Source of the DNA: Basidiobolus meristosporus CBS 931.73
Lineage: Eukaryota; Fungi; Basidiobolomycota
Reading direction: 5' to 3'
NCBI GenBank assembly: GCA_002104905.1
Contig: MCFE01000119.1
Coordinates: 1 to 64,000, forward strand
Length of the DNA: 64,000 nt
How positions within the stretch are numbered: the first letter of the stretch is position 1; each line of letters opens with the position of its first letter. The translations under genes were made by a program, and so were the position numbers. Shown piece after piece: positions 12,544 to 23,371 of the stretch. The notes beneath the pieces were generated by a model, which was not told where the DNA came from, ran no database searches, and was given only the letters and a program-made list of their open reading frames with translations.

Positions 12544-13078
12544 TCATCCGAAGATGATGCTGATCTCACGGGTGGCACTTTCCAACGAATCACTACCGTG
12601 AGTGGCGTTTTTGGAACCATCGGTGCCGAACACTGCACGAATGCTGTCGAAGAAAAGTAGGTAAATATGATGGAAATGTTGTACCAAAGTTGGGGATGCT
12701 GTACCTGTTAGGGGCCTCCTCACGAGCCTTCTCAGAATTGGTAGGTCCCATAAGAGTTCTCCAGCTCTTGATTGCTTCCTTCTTCTCCAGAATCATAGCA
12801 TAGAAAGGAGAGCTTACAGAATATGGGTTTTAGTGATTACCGTACCAGTAAGTATATGGAAGGCAAAGTGAAACTCACCTGCTCATCCAGGTAGTCAGGC
12901 CCTCGAAGAAAGGTCTGCCCTTATGCTCTTGGTAGAATTCCTCCATTTGGGATTTGGTTCCCTTCACTTCTTTCTCCTGGACAATCTTGAAGCCATCAGC
13001 TTCGATGCGCTTCTTGATTTCCTCCAGATGACCAGCGCTGTAAGCGTCGGGCTTTACGAGAGCAAGTGTTTTTTCCAT
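12544..13078 (-). CDS. Nucleoside diphosphate kinase, group II (NME5/7/8)-like single domain, 3 exons
   Basis: MEKTLALVKPDA...FYQEHKGRPFFEGL...MGPTNSEKAREEAPN|SIRAVFGTDGSKNATHGSDS; catalytic His in NATHGSD; TGA at 12544-12546. Confidence 0.88.
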
Positions 13079-13168
13079 GATTTGTGGCTTAGGCGGAAAT
13101 GGTGTGGAAACCTCGCACAAGGACTACCCTCAATTTATGCACACTCGGATTTCAAGGCTTACGAACGC

Positions 13169-13766
13169 ATGGAAAGCCTGGAACCTAAATCCGATGTTTC
13201 TGGAAATATTGGAGATGGAACTACCGGGGTATGCGGAGATCCAAACGCAACAAGCTTAATATTGTGGGTTAAGTTATGAAGGAAATCGAAACCATTGATA
13301 GCCATACTGCCTCAGGTGATATGAAATCATGGCAGATTTGATGTCTATATAAGCTCTACGGAGAAACATCCTCGGTAGAAGATATGGACTTTCATTTACA
13401 GCGGTGAGGTAATCATCCCTAGTGAAACCGGGTAAATCCATGAGAAACTACTGCGCACCGTAGACAAGACAACCTTCTCTTGTCAAGGGCTTCATTACTT
13501 TTATCTGCGAGGTGAAATAATCATCACCATTCCTCTTCACATGGATTTATCCGGGGAATGGTTATGATTAGCGAAGAGATGCGGAGAGTGTAATCAGGTA
13601 CACACCAGCACAGATTAGGACAAAGATGTACCCGACAATGTGGTTGCCGACTGGCCAGCTGATGGGAAGTGTGTCGGTTGAATTGCAATTGATGACTGCA
13701 TTACCAGCAAATTGCTCGCAGACGACATTCTTACGCATGATAAACAGCGTCTCGGATCAAATATGA
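13169..13766 (+). CDS. Speculative micro-exon gene (exons 13169-13228, 13302-13315, 13379-13403, 13464-13511, 13572-13766; 113 aa)
   Basis: Four GT-AG introns of 73, 63, 60 and 60 nt join into one open frame (MESLEPKSDV...PYCLRRYGLSFTATRQPSLVKGFITFICERRDAESVI...). No recognised homology and no canonical branch sites. Confidence 0.25.
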
Positions 13767-14636
13767 AACAAGCTCGGATGTTTCTCGTAAAGATCGGAGA
13801 TGCTGGCAAGATACTCCAATAACAACGCACAACTCGAGATGCTCGGCTCTGCTGCCGCTCCATCTAATTAGATCATCAAGTTCGACCCGTGAAAGCCACA
13901 GTTGAGGCATCAATGGAATATTTGCCTTCAGCAGTTGAATCGTTACAACTAACGTTGTCAACCATGCTTACAGGCAGGATTATGGAACGGGTAGCGTACC
14001 AATGCTCAACTAATTTAAACTAACAAGAGCGTCTATCATCCCCAAAGAAACGTGATGTGGCCGCCGTAAAAGGATAAGATGGTTGCAAGTGTGACATGAT
14101 TCGGTGCTGACCGATGCCGTGGACATGTGAGGGGCAGCTTGGCTTTCCATTGGTGGAGGCGCTTTTTCGCTCATAATTCACATCCTTTTAGGGATCAGCG
14201 ATGCCTGTTATGGTGGCCGCGAGGTAGGATAGCTTCTCTGCGATGTAACATCAATGCTAGGACCAAAGCTGTAGTTTGGAAATGGAATTAGCATTGGATT
14301 GAGGTCGTCATTAAAACTAAACGAAGACTCCTCTGATCCGGCCAATCGATAGCCCGTAAACAATAGCAATTGATCATTCTGATTACCACACCATATATAG
14401 CATCCAGTGAGCACTAATAATATTGAAAACATAAATCTATCGAAAATCGTGGCACGCAACCAACGCTCATCTCGGTATTTCTCCCCTAAAACAGCGCGAA
14501 TATTGATAGATAGCAATGAGGCGATAAAACGATATTCCTTATATAAATATCGCCGGCAGCGCCTACTCGAAATCTTAGTTCAAAGCAGCTCGATCAATTC
14601 GGTGTTTTCTTGCTTCACTACCTCTAGTATTCGGCC

Positions 14637-16709
14637 ATGATCGTTGAACAATCCGTACACCCCAAGCTCGATCTTCAGGACGATAAGCACAAACAGTACG
14701 ACGAGGTGTCCGAGAATCAGTGCTTGAGCATTCCCCAGGGCTTTTCCGACCCTGTCAATCCTGTTCCTGCTAAGATGAGGGACCCCGGTCTCCCAACTCC
14801 ACATATCAGTTGGGAAAAGTACCACGAGATGTACAAGCGAAGCATCGAAAACCCTGATGCCTTCTTCAGCGAGCTGTCCAAGGAGCTTCTCCATTGGTTC
14901 CAGCCCTTTGGCACCATCTCCTCCGGCTCCTTCTCCGAGGGTGACGTTGCCTTCTTCCACGACGGTGAAATCAATGCTTGCTACAACTGTGTCGATCGCC
15001 ATGCCCTCAAGACTCCCAACAAGGTTGCCATCATCTACGAGCCTGACGATCCCAACGATGAGGTCTTGAAGCTCACCTACGGCCAGTTGTTGCGGGAAGT
15101 GTCTCGCCTTGCCAATCTTTACCGCTCATACGGCCTAAAGAAAGGGGACACTGTGGCTATCTACCTGCCCATGATTCCTGAGGCGGTCATCTCCATGCTG
15201 GCCTGCGCAAGAATTGGTCTTGTCCACAACCTCATTTTCTCCGGCTTTTCCTCCGACTCTTTGGCTGAACGTATCCAAGACGCATCCTGCAGACTCTTGA
15301 TCACTTCTGACGAGGGAAAGCGCGGTGGTAAATCCATCCAAACCAAGAGAATCGCTGATGAGGCCTTGAAGAGCTGTCCTACCATCGAAAAGGTGATTGT
15401 TGTCCAAAGAACCGGAAACCCTGATGTTCCCATGACCCCTGAGCGTGATGGATGGTGGCACGAGGAGCTGCAAAAGGCCCGTCCCTACTGCGTACCCACT
15501 CCCATGCACCCTGAGGACCCTCTCTTCCTGCTCTACACCTCTGGCTCAACCGGTAAACCCAAGGGAGTTCTCCACACCACCGGTGGGTACCTTCTCGGCA
15601 CCACAGCTACTGTCAAGTACATCTTTGATCTGCACCCCAACGATATCTTCGGCTGCATGGCCGATATTGGATGGATCACCGGACATTCGTACATTGTCTA
15701 CGGCCCACTTTCCAATGGTGTCACCACTGTTCTCTTCGAGTCCATGCCCAACTACCCCAACGGTAGCCGTTACTGGGATTTGATCTCAAAGCACAAGATA
15801 ACCCAGTTTTACACTGCTCCAACTGCCATTAGAGCGCTCAAGAGACTTGGCGACCATTTGGTGGAAGGATACGATCTCTCCTCCCTCCGAGTAATTGGAA
15901 GTGTGGGAGAACCAATCAACCCTGAAGCCTGGGCATGGTACAATGAGGTTGTCGGCAAGGGCCAATGTGCGGTCGTGGACACCTACTGGCAAACTGAAAC
16001 CGGCTCCATCATTGTTACACCCCTTCCCGGAGCCACCCCTACCAAGGCTGGTAGCGCTGCCCTGCCCTTCTTCGGCATTGACGCCGTGATCCTGGATCCC
16101 CACACCGGCCAGGAGCTGAAGGGAAATGACGTTACGGGAGTGTTGGCCATCCGCAAGCCATGGCCTTCGATGGCTCGTACCGTGTACAACGATCACCAGC
16201 GCTACTTGAACACATACATGCGAGTCTATCCTGGCTACTACTTCACTGGTGATGGAGCTACCCGTGACAAGGACGGGTACATTTGGATTCGAGGCCGTGT
16301 CGACGATGTGATCAACGTATCTGGACATCGTCTCAGCACCGCCGAGATTGAGGCAGCATTGAATGTCCACGAAAGCGTCAGTGAGTCGGCAGTCGTCGGC
16401 ATCAACGACGAGCTCACCGGCCAGGCCATCTGCTGCTTCCTCACCCTTAAGCCGGAATACGTGAACGAGGATGAGGCCACCATCAAGAAAGCTTTGGTCA
16501 CCCAAACACGCAAAGTCATCGGGCCATTCGCCACCCCCAAGAAGATTATCATCGTCGAAGAGCTACCCAAGACCCGATCAGGCAAGATCGTCCGTCGCGT
16601 TCTCAGAAAGATTATTGCTGGCGAGGCCGATTCCCTCGGGGATCTCAGCACCTTAGCGGACCCAAGCATCGTTGACGAGTTGATTGCCAAAGTCTCGAGC
16701 AGCGCTTAA
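14637..16709 (+). CDS. ACS1: Acetyl-CoA synthetase (AMP-forming)
   Basis: [41 protein letters not shown] and [11 protein letters not shown] motifs. Intronless, with strong C-ending codon bias. Confidence 0.96.
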   Translation: MIVEQSVHPKLDLQDDKHKQYDEVSENQCLSIPQGFSDPVNPVPAKMRDPGLPTPHISWEKYHEMYKRSIENPDAFFSELSKELLHWFQPFGTISSGSFSEGDVAFFHDGEINACYNCVDRHALKTPNKVAIIYEPDDPNDEVLKLTYGQLLREVSRLANLYRSYGLKKGDTVAIYLPMIPEAVISMLACARIGLVHNLIFSGFSSDSLAERIQDASCRLLITSDEGKRGGKSIQTKRIADEALKSCPTIEKVIVVQRTGNPDVPMTPERDGWWHEELQKARPYCVPTPMHPEDPLFLLYTSGSTGKPKGVLHTTGGYLLGTTATVKYIFDLHPNDIFGCMADIGWITGHSYIVYGPLSNGVTTVLFESMPNYPNGSRYWDLISKHKITQFYTAPTAIRALKRLGDHLVEGYDLSSLRVIGSVGEPINPEAWAWYNEVVGKGQCAVVDTYWQTETGSIIVTPLPGATPTKAGSAALPFFGIDAVILDPHTGQELKGNDVTGVLAIRKPWPSMARTVYNDHQRYLNTYMRVYPGYYFTGDGATRDKDGYIWIRGRVDDVINVSGHRLSTAEIEAALNVHESVSESAVVGINDELTGQAICCFLTLKPEYVNEDEATIKKALVTQTRKVIGPFATPKKIIIVEELPKTRSGKIVRRVLRKIIAGEADSLGDLSTLADPSIVDELIAKVSSSA

Positions 16710-17115
16710 GCCCCACCTCCACGCCCCCGACCTCCGTAGCCATCTGCATTAATCTTCTCCACCCAATCTGTACATGATTATTCGCACGTCCACCAGCACG
16801 CCCACCTCTACACTTCCCTGCATATTTTGTACGTCCATACTCTATAATTCATAGCATCAATAAATCCCGCGTGTTTACCGAACGTCGAGTTTCTAGAAGT
16901 CCGAGGAAGATTCGAAAATCCCCTGTAAATGGTGAATCCGCTTCGAGGCCCACCGGCCGCATTCTAGCCTGCCCCTACACAAACCATGGACGTCACTTAC
17001 GCCCGACCACTATGGAATCTACGATCGATATGGCAGGCGCAGTATGGGCTACCGACGGATTACGATGGACAATCGACACGTATCCGACCTTCCGAAATGG
17101 GCTTTTTTTTATTTC

Positions 17116-18044
17116 CTAGTTTATGCTCGAGGATGCATGGTGTGGGGAGGGCCAAGGGTGGGACGATTCCGTTTTGGCAATCGGTTCGTTTCGTTGCGAT
17201 TCGGGATTTCCATTTTTGACCGCGGTGTAGATCAGGAATGGGTGATCAAGCCCTACCGGATCCCCTCCTTGAAAATCCTCCAGCTGCTCCTTGGGTACAG
17301 CCACCACGTCGATATCTCCGAATCCGAGCGAGCTCAAATTCTTGGCAAACAGATCGGGCGTGCACAAAAACACTTGGCCGACTTTGAGATCAACGGTGGA
17401 TTCCACCCCGCCGCTGCCCAGGTTCTTGCCGAACAGCACCCCGTTCTCCTTCAGCAGCTGGCTAACCCTGCGAAGGATCGTTTCCTGCTGCGGCCTATCG
17501 AACAGGTGCAGGAAACTGCCAAGGTAGATGACGTCGAACTGTAGCCCCGCCACCTTTTCCGGCCATTCGTCGCTGAGGATGTCCGCCACGACGAACTTCA
17601 ACCCCGAGGTCTCCTCGTCCTTGAACAGCTCTTGGCCTAGCTGTATGAAGTCTGCCGAGATGTCCAACCCGGTCAGGTTCTCACCAGAAAACCCGTCTAT
17701 GATCAGCTTGCGCAGGTCGGCGCCGAAGCAGCAGCCCAGGTCCAGCACCTTCAGGCCCTCGTTTTTCCTGTTCAAGGTCAACAGGCTCGGGTAGAACGGG
17801 TGGGATTTCATCCGAAGTAGCTTGAACCTCTCCACGATGAAGAACCTAAAGACCTGCGGGTGGTCGGTTGGTGGGCAGTACACAAGGAAGGCTAAAGTGG
17901 TGGGAATACCTTGAGCGCTTTCTCTCGCACCTCCTTCACGTGCTGAAAAATGGCCTCCCTCTCCGTGGTCTGGAAGTAGGCGGAGAAAAGCTCGTAGTTC
18001 TCGTCTGAAAGTTGGAACTCGGTGGAGGTGGGGTTGCCGGACAT
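17116..18044 (-). CDS. Class I SAM-dependent methyltransferase (fungal AusD/Trt5/AdrK-like family), 2 exons
   Basis: Exon 1 18044-17910 (MSGNPTSTEF...HVKEVREKALK), intron 17854-17909. Exon 2 has VLDLGCCFGADLRKLIIDG, GLDIS and YLGSFLHLF motifs. Confidence 0.8.
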
Positions 18045-18717
18045 GTCTGGATTAATGGGCTAGGTGAGGGGGGCCGCTGCATTATTGTACCATCGAACGA
18101 TCCTGGATAAATGGAAATTACTAGCCCCGAGGTTTCCACAAATAGGGGATGGGCCATGCTACCGCTGAGAGATATTATCGGGATGTTTTCTTGGTAATCA
18201 GCACCGTGTCCTGGAGAACTTGTACGGGGCGTTGAACCCAAATTGAAATGCTGTGGGTTAGGGGAGCCGCTGCCCGTCTGAAACATGATTGACAAGGGGG
18301 GGGGGGGAACACGTCAACCGTGGTGTCCCCCCCCCCTATTCCTCAACCACGAACTATCTTGTTGAATGAGCAAACGTGTTAATTTAAGTGATTTTCGGAT
18401 TTATTATTCGAGTGGTGTAAAAGTCTCTGACCATGCAAAGTAAGCTGATCCAATTCAAGTATTGCTATAGTGGGAGGGGTAGGGGAAGAGGGGAGGAGAC
18501 AAGAGGAGAGGGTGGGCTAGAAGAGAGTACGAGAAGGGGACCATTAGCTCGTAAGAATGTACATGTGTAATAACCATCTGATAGGAGAAAATTGGGTCAT
18601 TCATAAAGTGTAGGCAGGTGGGATGTGAGCGGACATCAATGAATGAGCAGAACCGAGCATATTCACGGCTTCATTGATGTTGCACCTAGTCTTAAGAAAC
18701 TCGACAAATCCTCCGGA

Positions 18718-19476
18718 TCAATTAAACTCTTCGTTGTTGGAGTCCGCGTTCTCGTTCTCCGCTTGCGACTTTTCCTTGGCCTCCAGCTCGGCGATCTCTG
18801 AGGCGGTAAGGAAGCGACCACCAGGGCCACGGGGGCGACGCATAGCATGCTTGTGCCGGGATTCGTGAAGGTATTTCTGGCGTACGTGTGCGTTTAGTAC
18901 AGGCTGACAAGATGGGGGGCTTTTGTGCGTGTGGTTACCTTGCGTCCTCTAGCTAGCTTGTTTGCTGCTTCCAGCTTGGCCCGGGCGGCGCGTCGTTTTA
19001 GAATACGATGGTACTGCTTCGCGTTTACGTAGAGTGGCTCCTCTGCTTCCTCCGTTGCTGCGTTTCCTAGAAGCAACGCATGGGCTGTGGGTACCATGGA
19101 CTTAAAAATTTGCTTTCAGTACGACAGGTCAGCGCAAAGACGCAGTTGTGTGCAAGTACCAATCCGTAAGAAGTAGAATATGTGTTTGCCAGACGGCTAG
19201 GGTCGAATTGTGCGGCGACAGTTCGAGTGGGATCAGACTAGCTCAAGGCAAGGAAAGGGAGGGAAAGGTGGAGGTTCCGCTAGTTAATACACCAGCAAGG
19301 CCAGGTACCAGGATGTTGGGAAAAGCGCTTACCGGATCAACGTAAGCGGTGGGCTGGTTGGTAAGTGAGGCATAGTTGGTCACCTCCAGAGGGTTTGCTT
19401 GGCGGTCGGTTTGGTTTTCCTGGGTCAGAGGAAGGTGCAAGGGACTATCGGAAGCAGCTGGTTGATGAACCTCCAT
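18718..19476 (-). CDS. HAP2: CCAAT-binding factor subunit Hap2/HapB (NF-YA), multi-exon
   Basis: [24 protein letters not shown]...RK|[24 protein letters not shown]; intron 18877-18938; TGA at 18718-18720. Confidence 0.92.
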
Positions 19477-20017
19477 TTCTTAAAAGTTTCAGGGATCTAA
19501 CTCGTTAATAGAAACATCGTGAGTCAACCAAAGTGAAGGGTATTCCGACAGTCAAGGTGGGTGGAAGGTAGTGGGGTAAGTCGAGACAGAATAGCACATG
19601 AATAAACAAGGAAAAGGGACGACAGTCACTTATCAACCATTCATTGCCCAACCAAACTACTCACCAGTAATATGAAAGGCGAGTCTTGACAAAGAGAGCA
19701 CCAATAGAAGAAGAGCTGAGGGGAAATGAAAGGATGAGGTGAATAATTCGTAACCACTTACAGTCCGAGAATGCTGACCTGAGGCAGATGTGATAATGAT
19801 GGGAAGAGAGCCAACGGAATTCAAGAAAGCAGGATAGAGCCAAGTTATCTGACCTCTCAGGAGCAAGTAAGATTCAAGTATCTGGGATTTTCCAGGGATC
19901 CAACATTTAGCCCATCTTTTTTTCAATGATGTCCCTTTTTTTACCGTTGCCCTTCAGTATGAGTGATCCCGCAATTGGCCCTGATCTATTGATGACACCA
20001 CCACCCATTCTTCGGTA

Positions 20018-20888
20018 ATGTCAACGAGCAAACAGCTGCCAAATGAAGGCAAAAAGAGGCTGGTAATAAAGAATGTCCTCGCCGATCCTTTCAAAGTAGA
20101 CTGGTATTTCCTTTCTCTGAATTGGGCGACCCAATGCTGCCTTAGTAAACTTTCCTCACCTACAGGCCTGCACTCGAGCCAGATGTTGAACTGCAAGTGG
20201 TAGAGAGGCTTTGCGAGTGAGTAGTTACGTTTTGATGTTGGAGAAGCCCTTCCTGATTTATCCCTGGATTCTATAGTATCATATCTCCAGTTGGTAAATA
20301 CCGTGTGCAAAATAACGTCGAGGCACGAGCGGCCAGAAAACAAAAAGCTTCCGGAGCTACACCCAAAGCGATAGAAAAGCCCTCTCCTCCCCAGGTGTCG
20401 ACACAGTTCAGCTACGGGCTGAGAGAGATAATACGTGGTCTGAGCGCAAAGGAAAAGGCCTCCAGCAACCCGACGGAGCCAGTTTTCACGCTGATACTTG
20501 CTTGCCATGAGGACATCGAGCCGAAAATCTTACTCTCCGATGTTCTAACGTTAGCAGTACAAAAAAATGTGTTGGTGTGTGGTCTAAGTAAAGGCACCAC
20601 CCAGAAATTAGGCCTGGCTTTGGGCCAATCTCGAGTGACTTGTCTTGGGGTTAAGGTTAGTAGGGTGCAATATCTTAGTAGGTGCAATATCTAAAACCTC
20701 TCTAGCACAACGCTGTAGATTTCTCTGACATTATAGATATGTTGACACCAATTCTTAGACAAAAGACATCTTTTTGGGGCCAACTGACTTCATCGGAACC
20801 AGTTTTACAACGGACTAGGATCAAGCGGCTTCGTACGTTTGCCCCGATTCTAAGCAAGACCGCCGATTCCAAAAAGGCTAAGAAATGA
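20018..20888 (+). CDS. L7Ae-fold protein, probable RNase P/MRP subunit Pop3/Rpp38-like
   Basis: N-terminal KKRLVIKNVLADPFKVDW and L7Ae-like LILACHEDIEPKILL...LVCGLSKGTTQKLGLALGQSRVTCLGVK; last exon ends KKAKK* at 20888. Confidence 0.65.
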
Positions 20889-21074
20889 AGCTCCGACGTA
20901 TTGTACATAGGCTCGTCGTGGATATATTGGTGGTAAACCAAGTCTTTATTAATAAATAACCACGCCATTGAAGCAATGTGAGGGCCTAGCAGCACTATGT
21001 CAGCGAATGTAAGCTAGTTGTATGCTATGTACAGAACCGTTTCTTATATTGGATGGGTGGGAATATGCAGTCAT

Positions 21075-22773
21075 CTAGAAATTGACGGCATTCCTTGCGG
21101 TTACGCTTCTAATTTCGATCGGTGGCTTTGAGCGTGCCCCTTTCATATGAGCATTGCGGCCTGTGGCTGGATGATGCTGATGTTGTTGATACCTCGTAGG
21201 TAGTTCCTCTCTAGCTGCTGCCATACTCGCCTGATGGTTTTTGCTTGGAAAAAGTGCTCCACTATAGCTTGAACACTCACTGGGAGTACCTAGGTCTAAG
21301 TGCAGCGAGTTTTTTCCGGAATGTCTTTGGTCATCCAACTGGCATTTTGTAGGCAGAGGAGGGGAAGGATCCATGGGCATAGAGTGTCCGACCTCATGCA
21401 AATCAAATGGTATATCTTCTCTATTTTCCTCAACTATGTACCCGCATGGAGGTTGGGGGCCGTGGTTATATAGGCCAATAGCACTGGGCAGGCCTTGAAC
21501 AAACGGCCTACCAAGGGCGTTAGGTTGTATGGTGATATGGTTATCAAACATCGGGTTCCGCGAACATTGCTGAACCCCATACTGCATCGGATGCCTAGTT
21601 CGACACTCCCCGTCTGCTTCTATAGCCGGTATTCGGCGATCAGAGGCTCCAGAGGTCACGCTGGAATCAGAGGTTGAGGATATGTGGCTCATTTTACGCT
21701 GGCCATACTCTTTGCCCTGGTACCCAAGTAAGTTGGCGGGGTATTCGAATGCATGCTTTTTGTCTTTCGTGTCAACGAAATGGGATTGGGTCCGAATCTC
21801 CTCGCCAAGCGCTTCAATGTTGGGCTTTGTCGGCTGTACTGTACCATTTAATAGCTGCTCGCGCAAGATACGTTTTCGATTTCTGCTACGGAGCAGCTCT
21901 GAAATTCTGAGGGGGCATTAGATCAAGGCCAAGAAAATGCAACTTTCTACTTGCTACCTACCTCTTGTCAATTTTGTGACAGCAATACTCTTTAAGATTT
22001 CCACGAATCTCACACACCAGTGGAATGTATAGGATCGCCGCGAATATGGTTTTGATGGCCGAGACGATGAAGAGCAAGCAAGGTACACCCATGGTTACTA
22101 ATGATATTTTCTTGTCGATGGGCAAGTCGAGGTACCAGGTATTCAAGTGGCTCACGTTCCCTTTAATGCTGAAAAAGAGGGTGTATCCGTTGACGAAGCG
22201 ACGTGCCGCTTCAGCGAAAAACATCCGCTTCCAGCCTAGGTGCATGTGTAAATAGACATGATTGCAAATTCATTCCGATGATCGTGTCTAACCTTTGAGT
22301 GCAAAGAAGACGAAGAAAGCCAGCTCATCTTTGAATCTCTTCTGATTATGGATTTGGTTAAAGAAGCAGTAATGCGCATACGAACGCAGAGTGTAGTAGC
22401 GGTTGGCAATGATGGAAGTGAAGGTAAAAGAGATGTCCCCCGACAAAATCACCGCTCTAGCTTTGCTGATCTCCAGAAAGAGGAGAACATAAGAGGCGGC
22501 GATAGAGCCAACAAAGATCCAACGGATGTACGACAGCTTCTCCAGGTCTTTGTTGATGTCGGATGTCCAGGAGTTGAAAAAAATCAGCATGACAGCAGTG
22601 TAGATGTCCAGAACGTAGATAAGAATGGATTTGATGGTGAACAGGAAAATAAAGCAGTATTTGAATTTGGTGGCAAAGTGGTCCTCGTAGAACTCGTCCA
22701 CATCCACGAAGTCAAACTTGTGATCGTTGATGACCTCTCGCTTCCATTTTGCCTCTCCTCCGCAGCAACACAT
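21075..22773 (-). CDS. KCH-family (Kch1/Prm6-like) fungal K+ transporter, paralogue A, 3 exons
   Basis: KSILIYVLDIYTAVMLIFFNSW, YAHYCFFNQI, FAEAARRFVNGYTL and NLKEYCCHKIDKR match the Kch1 family pattern. Confidence 0.8.
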
Positions 22774-23083
22774 GGGCTCAACGATGTTTTTGGAGGGTTA
22801 TCGAGGGTAAAGCTATTCCTCTTCTCAGGACGGAGCGCCAAGATTTTTATCGAACCCGAGCCATATTCTCCGACGATTATGATTTCGGGTTCGAGGGGAC
22901 TTGGGTCGAAATGGGTTGTGGAATCCATTGTTCACCTGGTCACGTCAACAACGGCTATTTGTATGCATCTACGAAGAAGATAATGAACCGATGCATGGCA
23001 ACAACATTATCTGAGGGCTGTCGATCGTAAGAAATAATCAAATATTACGGGCGGTTGATCAGTGTATAAATATAATCCAGCCA

Positions 23084-23265
23084 AGCATACAATCAGTCGG
23101 TTGCCATTCAGTTCACAATGACAGCTGGTGAACTAGCATACAATCAGTTGGTTGCCATTCAGCCCAGCATATAATCGAAGTGTCACAGCCAGTGGACTAG
23201 CAGTTGGTTGCCATTCAATTCAGCATACAATCCAAGCATCATAGCTGGTGAACCAGCATACAATT
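23084..23265. repeat. Mosaic degenerate repeat: AGCATACAATC x5, GGTTGCCATTCA x3, AGCTGGTGAAC x2
   Basis: A module at 23084, 23135, 23166 (1 mismatch), 23222, 23255 (1 mismatch); B module at 23099, 23150, 23206; C module at 23123, 23243. Confidence 0.85.
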
Positions 23266-23371
23266 CGGATGTTGCAGTCAGTTGATTTAGTTCCAACAGG
23301 TCGGGAATTAAATGAACAACCTATGAATGTGATCGAACTTTATTTACAGCGAGAGGCAGAGAATTATGGAT

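Noticed and set aside
13700-13870. Minus-strand frame with an in-frame TGA (13757-13759) as possible selenocysteine or readthrough
   Set aside because: No redox-motif context, no SECIS recognised and no homology.
14580-16690. Long antisense ORFs over ACS (also over vigilin 44120-45094, KCH-A 22348-22983, RED 28533-29021)
   Set aside because: Shadow ORFs expected from the codon bias of the sense genes; no protein-like features.
23084-23265. Repeat cluster as a CRISPR-like array
   Set aside because: Modules are short, shuffled and irregularly spaced, with no unique spacers of constant length and no cas genes; the context is eukaryotic.
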